Under the pieces are notes generated by a model that was not told where the DNA came from, ran no database searches, and worked only from the letters and a program-made list of their open reading frames with translations. DNA of 64,000 bases from an uncultured Alphaproteobacteria bacterium (lineage in GTDB: Bacteria; Pseudomonadota; Alphaproteobacteria; Rhizobiales; Xanthobacteraceae): positions 2,785,069 through 2,849,068 of the forward strand of contig CAVUVR010000002.1 of the NCBI GenBank assembly GCA_963744975.1. The letters run 5' to 3'. This document shows, in pieces, positions 16,226 to 27,415 of the stretch (the first letter of the stretch is position 1; every line of letters begins with the position of its first letter). The position numbers and the translations under genes were made by a program.

Positions 16226-17296
16226 TTACTCCGCCGCCTGCAACGCAGGCTCGGGCTTCCTCGGGGCGATCCAGAACGCCGCGGGGCGTTCGAACAGGAA
16301 GTTCGCCATGGTGCCGCGCGATATCCACCAGATCGCCAGCGCGCCCAAAATGCCGGCGATGGTGACGAGCAGCGAGACGATGCCGATGTCGTGGATCAAG
16401 CCGAACTTGAGCAGCAGCGTCCGCGTTGCCGCCATCGGCAGGAAGAACGCGAGATAGATGACGATGGAATGCTCGCCGCAGTAACGCAAGCCATCGAGCC
16501 ATCGCGCTTGCGCCAGCAGCGTGCCAGTGACGACGATGGCGCTGCTGCCTGCGAGGCCCAGCGCCAGCGACATCACAGGCCATTCGCTGAAGCCGGAATG
16601 TACCAGGCCGCCATTGACCAGCGTCCATAACGCGAGCCCCGCCAGCGCAAGCGCCGGGCGCGCCCGCGCGCGGTCGGACAGCGCGAACACGTAAGCCGCG
16701 AACAGATAGCCGGAATAGAAATACACAAAGCGCGCGCAGAATTCATCGATCACGGTCCAGCCGGTCGCGACGTGCAGCATTTCCAACGCGGCGGCCATAA
16801 GCCAGATCGCCAACGGCGGTGCACGGCGCGTTACCTTGGTGACAACGAAGAACACCGGCAGCAGATAGATGAACCACAGCGTCCCGAACGGCTCGATGAA
16901 GGATTCCAGGTACAGGAAGCCGACATGGCTCCAGCCGGATTCAGCCGCGAACGAGGGCGCCTTGAAGCCGAACTGGATGGTCACCCACAGCACATAGAAA
17001 TAAGCGAAGTGCACCACCTTGCGGTCGAGATAGGTGCGCCAGTCGCGGTCGATCACGACCGACAAAAACAGCCCGGAGATCAGGAAAAAATCCGGCATCC
17101 GGAACGGCTTTGCGAACGCCACCAGGGCATGCATGAAGCCGCTCTCGCCGGCGGCGGCCTCGACGCCCAGCACCGAATGCATCATCACCACCATGACGAT
17201 GCAGATGCCCTTGGTATAGTCGACCCAGTCGATTCGCGCCGAATGTCCGGCGGATGTGCCGTTTAGCGTCATCGGTGTGTCGTTTCGGCGTGGCAT
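16226..17296 (-). CDS. Acyltransferase family 3 membrane protein
   Basis: RIDWVDYTKGICIVMVVMMH, FRMPDFFLISG and LWFIYLL motifs; multi-TM. Confidence 0.9.
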   Translation of the reverse strand: MPRRNDTPMTLNGTSAGHSARIDWVDYTKGICIVMVVMMHSVLGVEAAAGESGFMHALVAFAKPFRMPDFFLISGLFLSVVIDRDWRTYLDRKVVHFAYFYVLWVTIQFGFKAPSFAAESGWSHVGFLYLESFIEPFGTLWFIYLLPVFFVVTKVTRRAPPLAIWLMAAALEMLHVATGWTVIDEFCARFVYFYSGYLFAAYVFALSDRARARPALALAGLALWTLVNGGLVHSGFSEWPVMSLALGLAGSSAIVVTGTLLAQARWLDGLRYCGEHSIVIYLAFFLPMAATRTLLLKFGLIHDIGIVSLLVTIAGILGALAIWWISRGTMANFLFERPAAFWIAPRKPEPALQAAE

Positions 17297-17452
17297 GGCC
17301 GCATCTTCGGCGCAATCGGTTTCATTCTCCTTTATTCATTCAAATGATGTGCCGGTTTCCGCGGCTTTTCTGGTTTCCCCTCAGGCTCAAAATGCTCTAA
17401 GACGCGCCCACAATCGACCGATCGCGTTAACCATCATCGACAGGCTGTTTTC

Positions 17453-18772
17453 ATGCGAATTGCCATGATTGGCACGGGTTATGTGGGGCTGGTGTCCGGC
17501 GCCTGCTTCGCCGATTTCGGCCACCAGGTCACCTGCGTCGACAAGGACGGCGACAAGATCGCGTCGCTACGCCGCGGCGAAATTCCGATCTTCGAGCCCG
17601 GCCTAGACGCGCTAGTCGCGGACAATAGCAAAGCCGGACGGCTGGATTTTACGACCGACCTTTCCGCTCCGGTCGCCGAGGCCGACGCGGTGTTCATCGC
17701 GGTCGGCACGCCGTCGCGCCGCGGCGACGGCCACGCCGACCTGAGCTATGTTTACGCCGCCGCGCGCGAGATCGCCGCGGCGCTGCGCGGCTTTACCGTG
17801 GTGGTCACCAAATCGACCGTGCCGGTCGGCACCGGCGACGAGGTGGAGCGGCTGATCCGCGAGACCAACCCGGCGGCCGAGTTCGTGGTCGCGTCCAATC
17901 CGGAGTTCCTGCGCGAGGGCGCCGCGATCCGCGACTTCAAGTTTCCCGATCGCATCGTGGTGGGGACCTCGGATGAGCGTGCGCGAAAAGTGCTCGGCGA
18001 CATCTACCGGCCGCTGTCGCTGAACCAGGCGCCGCTGATGTTCACCGCGCGGCGCACGGCGGAGCTGATCAAATACGCGGCCAACGCCTTCCTCGCCACC
18101 AAGATCACCTTCATCAACGAGATCGCCGACCTCGCGGAAAAAGTCGGCGCAGATGTGCAGGAAGTCGCGCGCGGCATCGGGCTGGACAATCGCATCGGCT
18201 CGAAATTCCTGCATGCCGGGCCGGGATACGGCGGATCGTGTTTTCCCAAGGACACCCGCGCACTGGTGAAGATCGCTCTGGATCACGATGTGCCGCTGCG
18301 GATCGTCGAGGCGACGCTGGCGGTCAACGAAAACCGCAAGCGCGCGATGGCGCGCAAGGTTTTGAGCGCGGTCGGCGGCTCCTTGCGCGGCAAGACCATC
18401 GCCGTGCTCGGCCTGACCTTCAAGCCCGACACCGACGACATGCGCGAGGCGCCGTCGATCCCGCTGGTAACCGGGCTCTTGGACATGGGCGCGAAAGTGC
18501 GCGCCCACGATCCGGTCGGCATGGAGCAGGCGCGCCGCGAATTGCCGGATATCGACTATTGCGACGACCCGTACGCCTGCGTGCGCGGCGCCGACGCCAT
18601 GGTGGTGGTGACCGAATGGGTGCAATACCGCACGCTCGACCTGGAGCGCCTGAAGCGCGAGATGGCGCAGCCGGTGGTCGTCGACCTGCGCAATATCTAT
18701 CGGCCCGAGGACATGGCCGCGCTTGGGTTTATCTATGAGAGCGTGGGGCGGCCGGCCGAACCGCGGGGGTGA
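17453..18772 (+). CDS. ugd: UDP-glucose 6-dehydrogenase
   Basis: IGTGYVG Rossmann, KSTVPVGT, SNPEFLREG, GGSCFPKD and FKPDTDD motifs. Confidence 0.96.
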   Translation: MRIAMIGTGYVGLVSGACFADFGHQVTCVDKDGDKIASLRRGEIPIFEPGLDALVADNSKAGRLDFTTDLSAPVAEADAVFIAVGTPSRRGDGHADLSYVYAAAREIAAALRGFTVVVTKSTVPVGTGDEVERLIRETNPAAEFVVASNPEFLREGAAIRDFKFPDRIVVGTSDERARKVLGDIYRPLSLNQAPLMFTARRTAELIKYAANAFLATKITFINEIADLAEKVGADVQEVARGIGLDNRIGSKFLHAGPGYGGSCFPKDTRALVKIALDHDVPLRIVEATLAVNENRKRAMARKVLSAVGGSLRGKTIAVLGLTFKPDTDDMREAPSIPLVTGLLDMGAKVRAHDPVGMEQARRELPDIDYCDDPYACVRGADAMVVVTEWVQYRTLDLERLKREMAQPVVVDLRNIYRPEDMAALGFIYESVGRPAEPRG

Positions 18773-18786
18773 TGCTAAACATCCTT

Positions 18787-18913
18787 CGTCGTCCCGGCGA
18801 ACGCCGGGACCCATACTCCGCGGCCGTCGTGCTTTGGGAGAATAGTCGTTTCAAGTTCCCTGCCCAATAACGGACGGCGGGGGTTATGGGTCCCGGCGTT
18901 CGCCGGGACGACG
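18787..18913. repeat. CGTC-type REP doublet, family B (69-nt spacer)
   Basis: Arms match 35759/36115. Confidence 0.9.
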
Positions 18914-18918
18914 TGCGG

Positions 18919-21409
18919 ATGGATTCCGATTTGACCCGCAGCTTCGACACACCTCTCCCCATCGACGCCGTGTTGGACGATCTTGCGCGCGCGCTCGCTC
19001 GCAACAACGCCGCGGTGCTGGTAGCGCCGCCGGGCGCGGGCAAGACCACGCGGGTGCCGCTGGCACTGCTCGACGAACCGTGGATCGGGAAGAAGAAAAT
19101 CATCGTGCTGGAGCCGCGGCGGATCGCGGCGCGCGCCAGCGCCGAGCGGATGGCGAAGACGCTTGGCGAACGCGTCGGCGACACCGTCGGCTACCGCGTC
19201 CGCTTCGGCTCGAAGGTGTCGCGCTCAACCCGCATCGAGGTGGTCACCGAGGGCATTTTCTCGCGGCAGATTCTCGACGATCCGGAGCTGAGCGGCATAG
19301 CGGCCGTGCTGTTCGACGAATTTCATGAACGCTCGCTCGACGCCGATCTGGGCCTGGCGCTGGCGCGCGACGCGCAAACGGGCTTACGCGAAGACCTGCG
19401 TATCCTGGTGATGTCGGCGACGCTGGACGGCGCGCGGGTCGCAAAATTGCTGGGCGACGCGCCGGTCATCGCCAGCGAGGGCCGCGCTTTTCCGGTCGAG
19501 ACGCGCTACCTCGGCCGCAAGCCCGATGCGCCGCTGGAGCGGCAGATGGCGGATGCGATCGGAACCGCGCTGCGCGCCGATCCAGGCTCGGTGCTCGCGT
19601 TCCTGCCGGGTGCGGCGGAAATCCGCCGCACCCAGAATTTTTTGAGCGAGCGCATCCACGATGCCTCTATCGAGATCGTGCCGCTGTTCGGCGCGCTCGA
19701 GGCGAGCGTGCAGGACCGCGCAATTCAGCCCGCGCCCAAGGGGTGCCGCAAGGTGGTGCTGGCGACCTCGATCGCGGAGACGTCGCTGACCATCGAGGGC
19801 GTGCGCATCGTGGTCGACTCCGGCGTCGCCCGCGTGCCGCGCTACGAACCGGACATCGGCCTCACGCGCCTTGAAACCGTGCGCGCCTCGCGCGCCGCGG
19901 TGGATCAGCGCCGCGGCCGCGCCGGCCGCACCGAGCCCGGCGTCTGCTACCGGCTATGGGACGAGCCGCAGACCGCGTCGCTTGCGGCCTACATCCAGCC
20001 GGAAATCCTCAGCGCCGACCTGTCGTCGCTGGTGCTCGATCTGGCGCAATGGGGGGTCAGCGATCCCGCGTCGCTGGCATTTCTGGATTCGCCGCCCGCC
20101 CCCGCATTGAACGAAGCGCGCAGTCTCTTACGCGAACTCGGCGCGCTGGATGGCGATGGCCGCATCACCGCGGAAGGCAAAAGCCTGCGCGCGCTGGCGC
20201 TGCCGCCGCGGCTGGCGCGCATGACCGTGGATTCGCACCGGCTCGGCGCCGGCCGGGAGGCGGCGGAGATCGCGGCCATCTTGACCGAGCGCGGCCTCGG
20301 CGGCGACAGCGTCGACCTCGACGCGCGGCTCGATCAATTCCGCCGCGACCGTTCGCAGCGCGCCGCGAGCGCGCGTAGCCTCGCGGAGCGCTGGGCATCG
20401 CAGGTCGCCGCCACCGAGGGGGCATCCTCCTCCGATGATGCGCCATCCACCGGCGTGATGCTGGCCTTTGCGTTTCCCGATCGCGTCGCGCGCAACCGCG
20501 GCAACGGGACGTTTGTGCTTGCCAACGGACGCGGCGCCGCCGTCGATCAGGCCTCGGCGCTGGCCCGCGCGCCCTTTATCGCGGTCGCCGAACTGACCGG
20601 CACCGCGGCGAGCGGGCGCATCATGCTGGCCGCGCCGATCGCGCAAGCAGAACTCGAGTTGCGCTTCGCCGAACACATCGAAAGCGCCGACGAGATCACG
20701 TTCGACCGTAACGCCATGGCGCTGCGAGCGCGGCGCAAGCGGACCTTGCACGCGATCACGCTGTCTGAAGCCCCGTTGACGCTGATACCATCGGCGGAGA
20801 CTGCGCGGGTGCTGGCCGACGGGTTGGTCGCAGCCGGGCTCGAAAAATTGCCGTGGTCAAAACCGTTGCAGCAATGGCGCGGCCGGGTGATGTTCTTGCG
20901 CAAGGCCGAGGGCGAACCCTGGCCGGATTTGTCCGACATTGCGCTCGCCGCACAGCGCGAAAGCTGGCTGGTGCCGGCGCTGTTCGACAAGACCTCGCTG
21001 AAGGAGATTTCGAGCGGCGATCTGTCGGACGCGCTGATGGGGCAGCTGCGCGTGGGAATTGCGGGCGCGGCTTGAGCGCGAGGCGCCGACGCATTTCGAG
21101 GCGCCGACCGGCACTCAGCTTCCGATCGACTACGAGGCCGAACAGGGCCCCACCATCGCGGTGCGCTTGCAGGAACTGTTCGGACTCACCACCCACCCGT
21201 CGGTCGCCAAAGGCGCGGTGCCGCTGGTGCTGGAACTGCTGTCGCCCGCGCATCGCCCGGTGCAAGTGACGCGCGACCTGCCGGGTTTTTGGCGCGGCAG
21301 CTACGCCGCGGTGCGCTCCGACCTGCGCGGCCGCTATCCGCGGCATCCCTGGCCGGAGGATCCGGCCGGCGCGATGCCGACCAAGCGGGTCAAGCCGAGG
21401 GGGACGTGA
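18919..21409 (+). CDS. hrpB: ATP-dependent RNA helicase HrpB, split by a +1 frameshift at ~21050
   Basis: APPGAGKTT, DEFHERS, MSATL, TSIAETSLT and QRRGRAGR motifs. The C-terminal domain continues in the 21059-21409 frame; removing one base restores L-P-W-E-L-R. Confidence 0.93.
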
Positions 21410-21412
21410 CCC

Positions 21413-21568
21413 CGTGTCCCGGGCGCGATGCAGCGCGTAGCTCTTGCGAAGCGCTGCTTCGCAGAACCGGGACCCCGGTTTCTTTGAGTCGCGAGCAAGC
21501 AACCGGGGCCCCGGCTCTGCAGCGCACCGCTACGCAAGAGCTACGCGCTGCGCTGCGTCCGGGGCACG
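21413..21568. repeat. REP-like element, family A
   Basis: Homologous to 3421-3558. Confidence 0.85.
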
Positions 21569-21685
21569 ATAGACGTTAACGCTTCGCTCATCCTTTTCAA
21601 CGAAATAGCACCCTCCCGCGCCGCCGTTAGCAGCGGTTTGCCGGCGGATGTGGTGAGATCGCCGGTCTTTGAGTGAGGTTGCGTC

Positions 21686-22198
21686 ATGCGTAACATCCTG
21701 ATCTTCGCGGCCTTGCTGGTCGGCCTCGGCACCTTCATGGCGCAGATGGCGGACAAGATGACCGCGGCGCCCGCGCTCGCCAAGACCACGTCCGGCAAAG
21801 CTTCGCCCGCCGTCGCGCCAACCGGCACGCGTACCCTCAGCATCCCGCGCGACGCCCGCGGGCACTTCCAGGCCGAGGGCCGCATCGACGGCCAGCGCAT
21901 CGACTTCATGGTCGACACCGGCGCGTCGGTCATTGCGCTCAATGAAAAATCCGCCGCACGCTTCGGCCTGCGTCCGCAGCGCGGCGACTACAACTCAACC
22001 GTCGCCACCGCCAACGGCACCATCAAGGCCGCGCGCACGCGCCTTGCCATGGTGGAACTCGGCGGCCTCATCGTACGCGATGTCGACGCCATGGTGCTGC
22101 CCGACGAGGCGCTGTCGGAAAACCTGCTCGGCCTGTCGTTCCTGTCCAAGCTGAAGCGGTTCGAATATGCCGGCGGCAAGATGGTGCTGGAGCAGTGA
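21686..22198 (+). CDS. Clan AA retropepsin-like aspartic protease (TIGR02281-type)
   Basis: N-terminal anchor, GHF, VDTGAS and LLGLSFL motifs. Confidence 0.9.
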   Translation: MRNILIFAALLVGLGTFMAQMADKMTAAPALAKTTSGKASPAVAPTGTRTLSIPRDARGHFQAEGRIDGQRIDFMVDTGASVIALNEKSAARFGLRPQRGDYNSTVATANGTIKAARTRLAMVELGGLIVRDVDAMVLPDEALSENLLGLSFLSKLKRFEYAGGKMVLEQ

Positions 22199-22202
22199 CG
22201 GT

Positions 22203-22324
22203 GTCGTCCCCGCGAAGGCGGGGACCCATACGCCGTGTCGTCTCAATTTGAAGAATGCGTCGCAACGCTGCACTGTAATCACGCATGCCAGGGGTTATGG
22301 GTCCCCGCCTTCGCGGGGACGACG
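22203..22324. repeat. CGTC-type REP doublet, family B (65-nt spacer)
   Basis: Arms with compensated changes (GTCCCC/GGGGAC). Confidence 0.88.
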
Positions 22325-22414
22325 CCGTAAATAATCGCTCGCCTGCCTTTCGCTTAGCCCGCGCATTGGCTATTCCAGCCCGGAACATTTCCTCTTAAGC
22401 CGGGCTATCAAATT

Positions 22415-23914
22415 ATGTTCCCGAAACCGCAGTCCGTCCTGGCACCCAACACCTACGCCTTTGAATCCGAGCCGATGGTGAAGCCGACCGGGTTTCGCGA
22501 ATACGACGCGCGCTGGCTGTTCGGCACGGAAATCAACCTGATGGGAATCCAGGCGCTGGGCATGGGGCTCGGCGCGTTGATCGCGGAATTGGGACAAAAG
22601 CAGGAAATCGTCACCGGGCACGATTTCCGCAGCTATTCGGCGTCGATCAAATATGCGCTGATTTCCGGCCTGCTGGCATCGGGCTGCAAGGTGCATGACA
22701 TCGGCCTGTGCATGACGCCGATGGCGTACTTTGCGCAGTTCGAACTCGACGTGCCCTGCGTGGCGATGGTGACGGCGTCGCATAACGACAACGGCTGGAC
22801 CGGCGTCAAGATGGGCGCCAACCGTCCGCTGACCTTCGGCCCCGACGAGATGCAGCGGCTGAAGCAGATCGTGCTCAATGCCGAGTTCAGGAACAAGGCC
22901 GGCAGCTCCTATCAATTCCACGAAAACTTTCCGGCACGCTACATCGCCGACCTCACCGGAAATCACGTGCTGAAGCGCAGATTGAAAGTCGTGGTCGCCT
23001 GCGGCAACGGCACCGCCGGCGCATTCGCGCCGCAGGTGATGCAGGCGATCGGCTGCGATGTGGTGCCGCTCGATACCGAGCTCGACTATACCTTTCCGAA
23101 CTACAATCCGAACCCCGAAGACATGAAGATGCTGCACGCGATCCGCGACGCGGTGCTGCAGCACAAGGCCGACGTCGGCCTCGGCTTCGACGGCGACGGC
23201 GACCGCTGCGGCGTGGTCGACAACACCGGCGAGGAAATTTTCGCCGACAAGGTCGGCGTCATGCTGGCGCGGGATATGTCGGCTATCACCAAAAATGCGC
23301 AGTTCGTGGTCGACGTGAAATCGACCGGATTGTTTGTCACCGATCCGGTGCTGCAGAAACAGGGGGCGAAAGCCACCTACTGGAAGACCGGCCATTCCTA
23401 CATGAAGCGGCGCACCCACGAACTCGGCGCGCTGGCGGGTTTCGAAAAATCCGGCCACTTCTTCTTCAACGCGCCGCTCGGCCGCGGCTATGACGACGGC
23501 CTGATCTCGGCGATCGCGATCTGCGAGATGCTGGATCGCGCGCCGGGCAAGTCGATGGCGGATTTGAAGGACGCGCTGCCAAAGACCTGGTCGTCGCCGA
23601 CCATGTCGCCGCATTGTCCGGACGAGATCAAATACGGCGTGGTCGAGCGCGTGGTGGCGCATTTCGAGGCTATGCAGAAGAAGGCTGAGAACGTCGCCGG
23701 GCAAAAGATCCGCGACCTCGTCACCGTCAACGGCGTGCGCGTCACCGTCGCGGACGGCAGCTGGGGCCTGGTGCGGGCGTCATCCAACAAGCCGGAGCTG
23801 GTGGTGGTGGTGGAAAGCCCGGTCTCCGAACAGCGCATGCGCGACATGTTCGAGGCGATGGATTCTGTGCTGCGTACGCATCCCGAGGTCGGCGAGTATA
23901 ATCAGAAGATATAG
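22415..23914 (+). CDS. Phosphomannomutase/phosphoglucomutase
   Basis: TASHN phosphoserine loop, FDGDGDR, FEKSGH and VRASSN motifs. Confidence 0.95.
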   Translation: MFPKPQSVLAPNTYAFESEPMVKPTGFREYDARWLFGTEINLMGIQALGMGLGALIAELGQKQEIVTGHDFRSYSASIKYALISGLLASGCKVHDIGLCMTPMAYFAQFELDVPCVAMVTASHNDNGWTGVKMGANRPLTFGPDEMQRLKQIVLNAEFRNKAGSSYQFHENFPARYIADLTGNHVLKRRLKVVVACGNGTAGAFAPQVMQAIGCDVVPLDTELDYTFPNYNPNPEDMKMLHAIRDAVLQHKADVGLGFDGDGDRCGVVDNTGEEIFADKVGVMLARDMSAITKNAQFVVDVKSTGLFVTDPVLQKQGAKATYWKTGHSYMKRRTHELGALAGFEKSGHFFFNAPLGRGYDDGLISAIAICEMLDRAPGKSMADLKDALPKTWSSPTMSPHCPDEIKYGVVERVVAHFEAMQKKAENVAGQKIRDLVTVNGVRVTVADGSWGLVRASSNKPELVVVVESPVSEQRMRDMFEAMDSVLRTHPEVGEYNQKI

Positions 23915-23918
23915 ACTT

Positions 23919-24040
23919 CGTCGTCCCCGCGAACGCGGGGACCCATACGCCGTGTCTTTTCCGCTTAAACGATGCCGTTGGACGGCCGACCTTAATCACG
24001 CATGCCAGGGGTTATGGGTCCCCGCGTTCGCGGGGACGAC
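23919..24040. repeat. CGTC-type REP doublet, family B (65-nt spacer)
   Basis: Inverted arms between convergent genes. Confidence 0.88.
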
Positions 24041-24050
24041 CCGGTGAGAG

Positions 24051-24554
24051 TCACCCCATTGCCGGGATCGGCAGCGCCGTCACCGACTTGATCTTCTCCA
24101 TCGCAAACCGCGAGGTGACGTTCTTCAAGCTGACCGCGCCGATCAGCTTCTTGTAGAACACGTCGTAGCTCGCCATGTCGGCGACGACGACGCGCAGCAT
24201 GTAATCGACGTCGCCGGCCATGCGATAGAATTCCATCACCTCGGGCATGGCGCTGACGGCCTCGGCGAATTTCTTCAGCCAGCCTTCGGAATGGTCCGCG
24301 CTCTCCACCGAGACGAACACGGAGATGCCGAGTCCGATCTTGTTCTGATCGACCAGCGCCACCCGGCGCAGGATCACGCCATCCGCCTCCAGCCGCTGGA
24401 TCCGCTTCCAGCAGGGCGTGGAGGACAGCCCGACCCGGTCGCCGATCTCGGCGACCGACAGCGAGGCATCCTCCTGCAGCACGGTCAGAATCTTGCGGTC
24501 GATGGCGTCGAGACGCCGGTTGGGCTCCAGGACGTGAACGGCGAGATCGGTCAT
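24051..24554 (-). CDS. Lrp/AsnC-family transcriptional regulator
   Basis: LDAIDRKIL HTH, GLSSTPCWKRIQRLE, GDVDYMLRV. Confidence 0.95.
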   Translation of the reverse strand: MTDLAVHVLEPNRRLDAIDRKILTVLQEDASLSVAEIGDRVGLSSTPCWKRIQRLEADGVILRRVALVDQNKIGLGISVFVSVESADHSEGWLKKFAEAVSAMPEVMEFYRMAGDVDYMLRVVVADMASYDVFYKKLIGAVSLKNVTSRFAMEKIKSVTALPIPAMG

Positions 24555-24615
24555 GGGAAGAACTTTGTTCCGTTTATGAGGTCAATATCCCTCATATAGA
24601 GAAAATTCTTCTATA

Positions 24616-25584
24616 TCAAGCCCGATTTCCGGCCCGTTCGCCGCAGCCGGCCGCCTCGCCGCCTAAAAGCGCTTCCACTTCAGGACGTTGCGGACAGGCA
24701 AAGGCGCCGCCGAAGCGGGTGCATTTCAGCGCCGCGGCGGCCGAGGCGAAGCGCAGCGCGCCGGGCACGTCCTGTTTTTCGGTAATGGCGAGTGCGAATG
24801 CGCCATGGAAGATGTCGCCGGCCCCCAGCGTGTCCACGGTATGCACCGGGAAGGCCGGCGTTTCCCGGAGCTGCTTTTGCTCGTCGAGCCAGAGCGTGCC
24901 GCGCGGCCCGCGCGTGCCGGCCAGGAACGAATGCGTCAGCCTCGCCATTTTCTTCAGCGCCTCGGCATCGTCGGCAATGCCGGCGGTGGCCTGCAACGCC
25001 TCGCTGGAGAAGATCAGATGCGACGACGCCGTCAGCAGGCCCTCGCGCATCGACATCGCGCGATCGACGTCGACCACCACCGGAATGCCGCGCTTGCGCG
25101 CCTCGGCGCAGAGGTCGGTGCAAAACTCCGCGCAACGGTTCTCGGTCAGGATCGCGTCGCAATCGCGCAGCAAGGTGTCGGTGTCGGGCAGATGCACCTT
25201 CCACAATTCCGGATCGCGGAAGGTGACGATGGTGCGCTCGCCGCTGGGGTCGATCATGATATTGGAAATCGGCGTCACCAGCCCCGGCATGTGCACGAGG
25301 TGCGTGGTGTCGATGCCCTCATGCGCCAGCTTCTCGAAAATATATTTTGCCGACGTCTCGCGCGAATCGCCCATCGGGCCGCAGATCGAGGCGCGGCCGC
25401 CAAGCCGCACGATTCCGATCGCGGCATTGAGCGCGTTGCCGCCGGCGATTTCATCGAAATGGTTGGCGTTGACCTTGAGTCCACGCTCCGGCAATTCCTG
25501 AATGCGGAACGTCAGATCGCGCACGGGCATGCCGATGCATAAAATGCGTGGCGGAATTTTCGGGGCGGCGGCGTGGAAATTCAT
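24616..25584 (-). CDS. PfkB-family sugar kinase
   Basis: GGNALNAA and VDTLGAGDIFHG signature motifs. Confidence 0.92.
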   Translation of the reverse strand: MNFHAAAPKIPPRILCIGMPVRDLTFRIQELPERGLKVNANHFDEIAGGNALNAAIGIVRLGGRASICGPMGDSRETSAKYIFEKLAHEGIDTTHLVHMPGLVTPISNIMIDPSGERTIVTFRDPELWKVHLPDTDTLLRDCDAILTENRCAEFCTDLCAEARKRGIPVVVDVDRAMSMREGLLTASSHLIFSSEALQATAGIADDAEALKKMARLTHSFLAGTRGPRGTLWLDEQKQLRETPAFPVHTVDTLGAGDIFHGAFALAITEKQDVPGALRFASAAAALKCTRFGGAFACPQRPEVEALLGGEAAGCGERAGNRA

Positions 25585-25648
25585 CGGTGCGTCCTCTGAC
25601 GGACCTGAACTCCCATTGTTAACCGATTGAACCACGGACTAGTTCCCG

Positions 25649-26599
25649 CTATGCGCGCAAGTCGGGGCTCGGCTGCAGCCAGCGGCCGAGCAAATGGTGA
25701 GCGATCGCAAAGGGATGCGGACCCGCTAGGCCGTCGGGATGCTCCCGTTTCAGCATCAGCATGGCTTCAGTGCGGTCGAACCAGCGCGCGTCCTCCAGCT
25801 CCGTTCGGTCCACGACAATGTCCTCGTTGGTGGCGTGCGCAACACATCCGATCATCAGGGATGACGGATAGGGCCAAGGCTGGGTCATGTAGTAGCTCAC
25901 GTCGGTGCAGCGAATCCCGGATTCCTCAAAAATTTCGCGGCGCACGGCGTCCTCGATGGTTTCCGCGACCTCGACGAACCCGGCAAGACACGACCACATC
26001 CCGGGCGGAAAGTGCTTCTGCCGCCCCAGCAGGCATTTGTCGCCCGAGGTCACCAGCATGATTACCACCGGGTCGGTGCGCGGAAAATGTTCGGTCTTGC
26101 AATTCGGACAATCGCGCTTCCAGCCGCCCTGCTTCATCGCCGAGCGGGTGCCGCAATTGGCGCAAAAACCGTGGCGCTGATGCCAGCTCACCATCGACTT
26201 CGCCATCGCGATCGCGGAAAGCTGATCCGGCGGCACCACGCCCTGCATCGCCATGCCGCGCAGCTCGGTGACCGCGACGTCGTTGCGCGTCAGCAATTTT
26301 TCCACGGCCTCGGCCTTGATGCCCATGCCGAATACGGCCGCGCCGTCGCGCAGGCCTAAAAAAATCGTGCCGGGATTGGCGCCGAATTTCAGGGCCTCGT
26401 CGATGGTCAGCAGCGCGCGCGGGCCGTCGGCTTCCTGCTTCACCACCAGCGAGTCGCGATACACCACATAGGCGCGGGCGTCGCCGCGGCTCTCCAGCGC
26501 GTACAGTTTTTCCTCGTCGGTGCGCAGATGCGCCGCGCGGTCGAGGATATGGCTGATGAAGGCGGGTTGCCCCAGCGGAAACGAATCGAATGCACTCAT
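25649..26599 (-). CDS. nudC: NAD+ diphosphatase
   Basis: Zn ribbon FCANCG..C..C, FPRTDP, Nudix box GFVE..ET.E..V.RE..EE, QPWPYPSSLM. Confidence 0.95.
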   Translation of the reverse strand: MSAFDSFPLGQPAFISHILDRAAHLRTDEEKLYALESRGDARAYVVYRDSLVVKQEADGPRALLTIDEALKFGANPGTIFLGLRDGAAVFGMGIKAEAVEKLLTRNDVAVTELRGMAMQGVVPPDQLSAIAMAKSMVSWHQRHGFCANCGTRSAMKQGGWKRDCPNCKTEHFPRTDPVVIMLVTSGDKCLLGRQKHFPPGMWSCLAGFVEVAETIEDAVRREIFEESGIRCTDVSYYMTQPWPYPSSLMIGCVAHATNEDIVVDRTELEDARWFDRTEAMLMLKREHPDGLAGPHPFAIAHHLLGRWLQPSPDLRA

Positions 26600-26602
26600 G
26601 AA

Positions 26603-27022
26603 TCAACCAAGCCAGATCTTGCGGCGAAGCGCGCTGATGAAATTTTGCACTTCTTCGGCGTCATGCGCCAGCGGCGGCATCACGCCCCAGACCGGACGCG
26701 GCCAGGCCGGGTCGCTGGAGCGGCGCGCGATGACATGCACGTGAAGCTGCGGCACCAGATTGCCGAGCGCGGCGATATTCAGCTTGTCGCATTTGGTGAT
26801 GTCCTTCAGCGCGCGGGCGACGCGGCTGATCTCGGTCATTAATTGCCCCTGGGCTACCTCGTCCAGATCGATGATCTCGGTCACGTCGGGCCGGCGCGGC
26901 ACCAGCAGCAGCCACGGGTAATGCGCATCCTTGATGACAAGCACGCGGCACAGCGGCAGGTCGCCGATGTCGATGGTGTCTTGCTTGAGCCGGGAGTGCA
27001 GCGACCAGTCGGGGGCGGACAT
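26603..27022 (-). CDS. HIT-family protein
   Basis: QLHVHVIAR HIT-like motif, YPWLLLVP, LNIAALGN. Confidence 0.9.
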   Translation of the reverse strand: MSAPDWSLHSRLKQDTIDIGDLPLCRVLVIKDAHYPWLLLVPRRPDVTEIIDLDEVAQGQLMTEISRVARALKDITKCDKLNIAALGNLVPQLHVHVIARRSSDPAWPRPVWGVMPPLAHDAEEVQNFISALRRKIWLG

Positions 27023-27033
27023 CTGTTCTCCTC

Positions 27034-27260
27034 GTCATGGCCGGGCTTGTCCCGGCCATCCACGTCTTACCTTTTTCGCGCAAACAACACCCGTCATGCC
27101 CGGCTTTATGCCGGGCATCCACGTCTTTCTTCAAGCAAAACCTCAACGCTGCCGTCATCCTGAGGTGCTCGCCGTCTTCGGCGAGCCTCGAAGAATGGCC
27201 GCATACGCGCCTGTGGCCATCCTTCGAGGCCGCGCAAGCACGCGGCTCCTCAGGATGACG
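27034..27260. repeat. REP cluster: GTCATGGCCGGG/GTCATGCCCGG units plus a family D doublet (CGTCATCCTGAG...CTCAGGATGACG, 27153-27260)
   Basis: Palindromic units; the family D doublet recurs at 40220 and 58763. Confidence 0.8.
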
Positions 27261-27319
27261 GCTGAATCTGTGGCTCGGACCCGCTTGCTTTCCGGCGCTT
27301 TTGGCCCCAAATAAGGGCC

Positions 27320-27415
27320 GGGAGATTGGCGGTGGACGAGCCACTCGCCAACCGGGTCAGGTCCGGAAGGAAGCAGCCCTAACGAGGTCCGGATCGGGTC
27401 GCTCGTCAGTCTCCT
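27320..27415 (+). ncRNA. ffs: SRP 4.5S RNA
   Basis: Conserved domain IV TCAGGTCCGGAAGGAAGCAGC, terminal GGAG/CTCC pairing, usual position upstream of dnaX. Confidence 0.95.
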
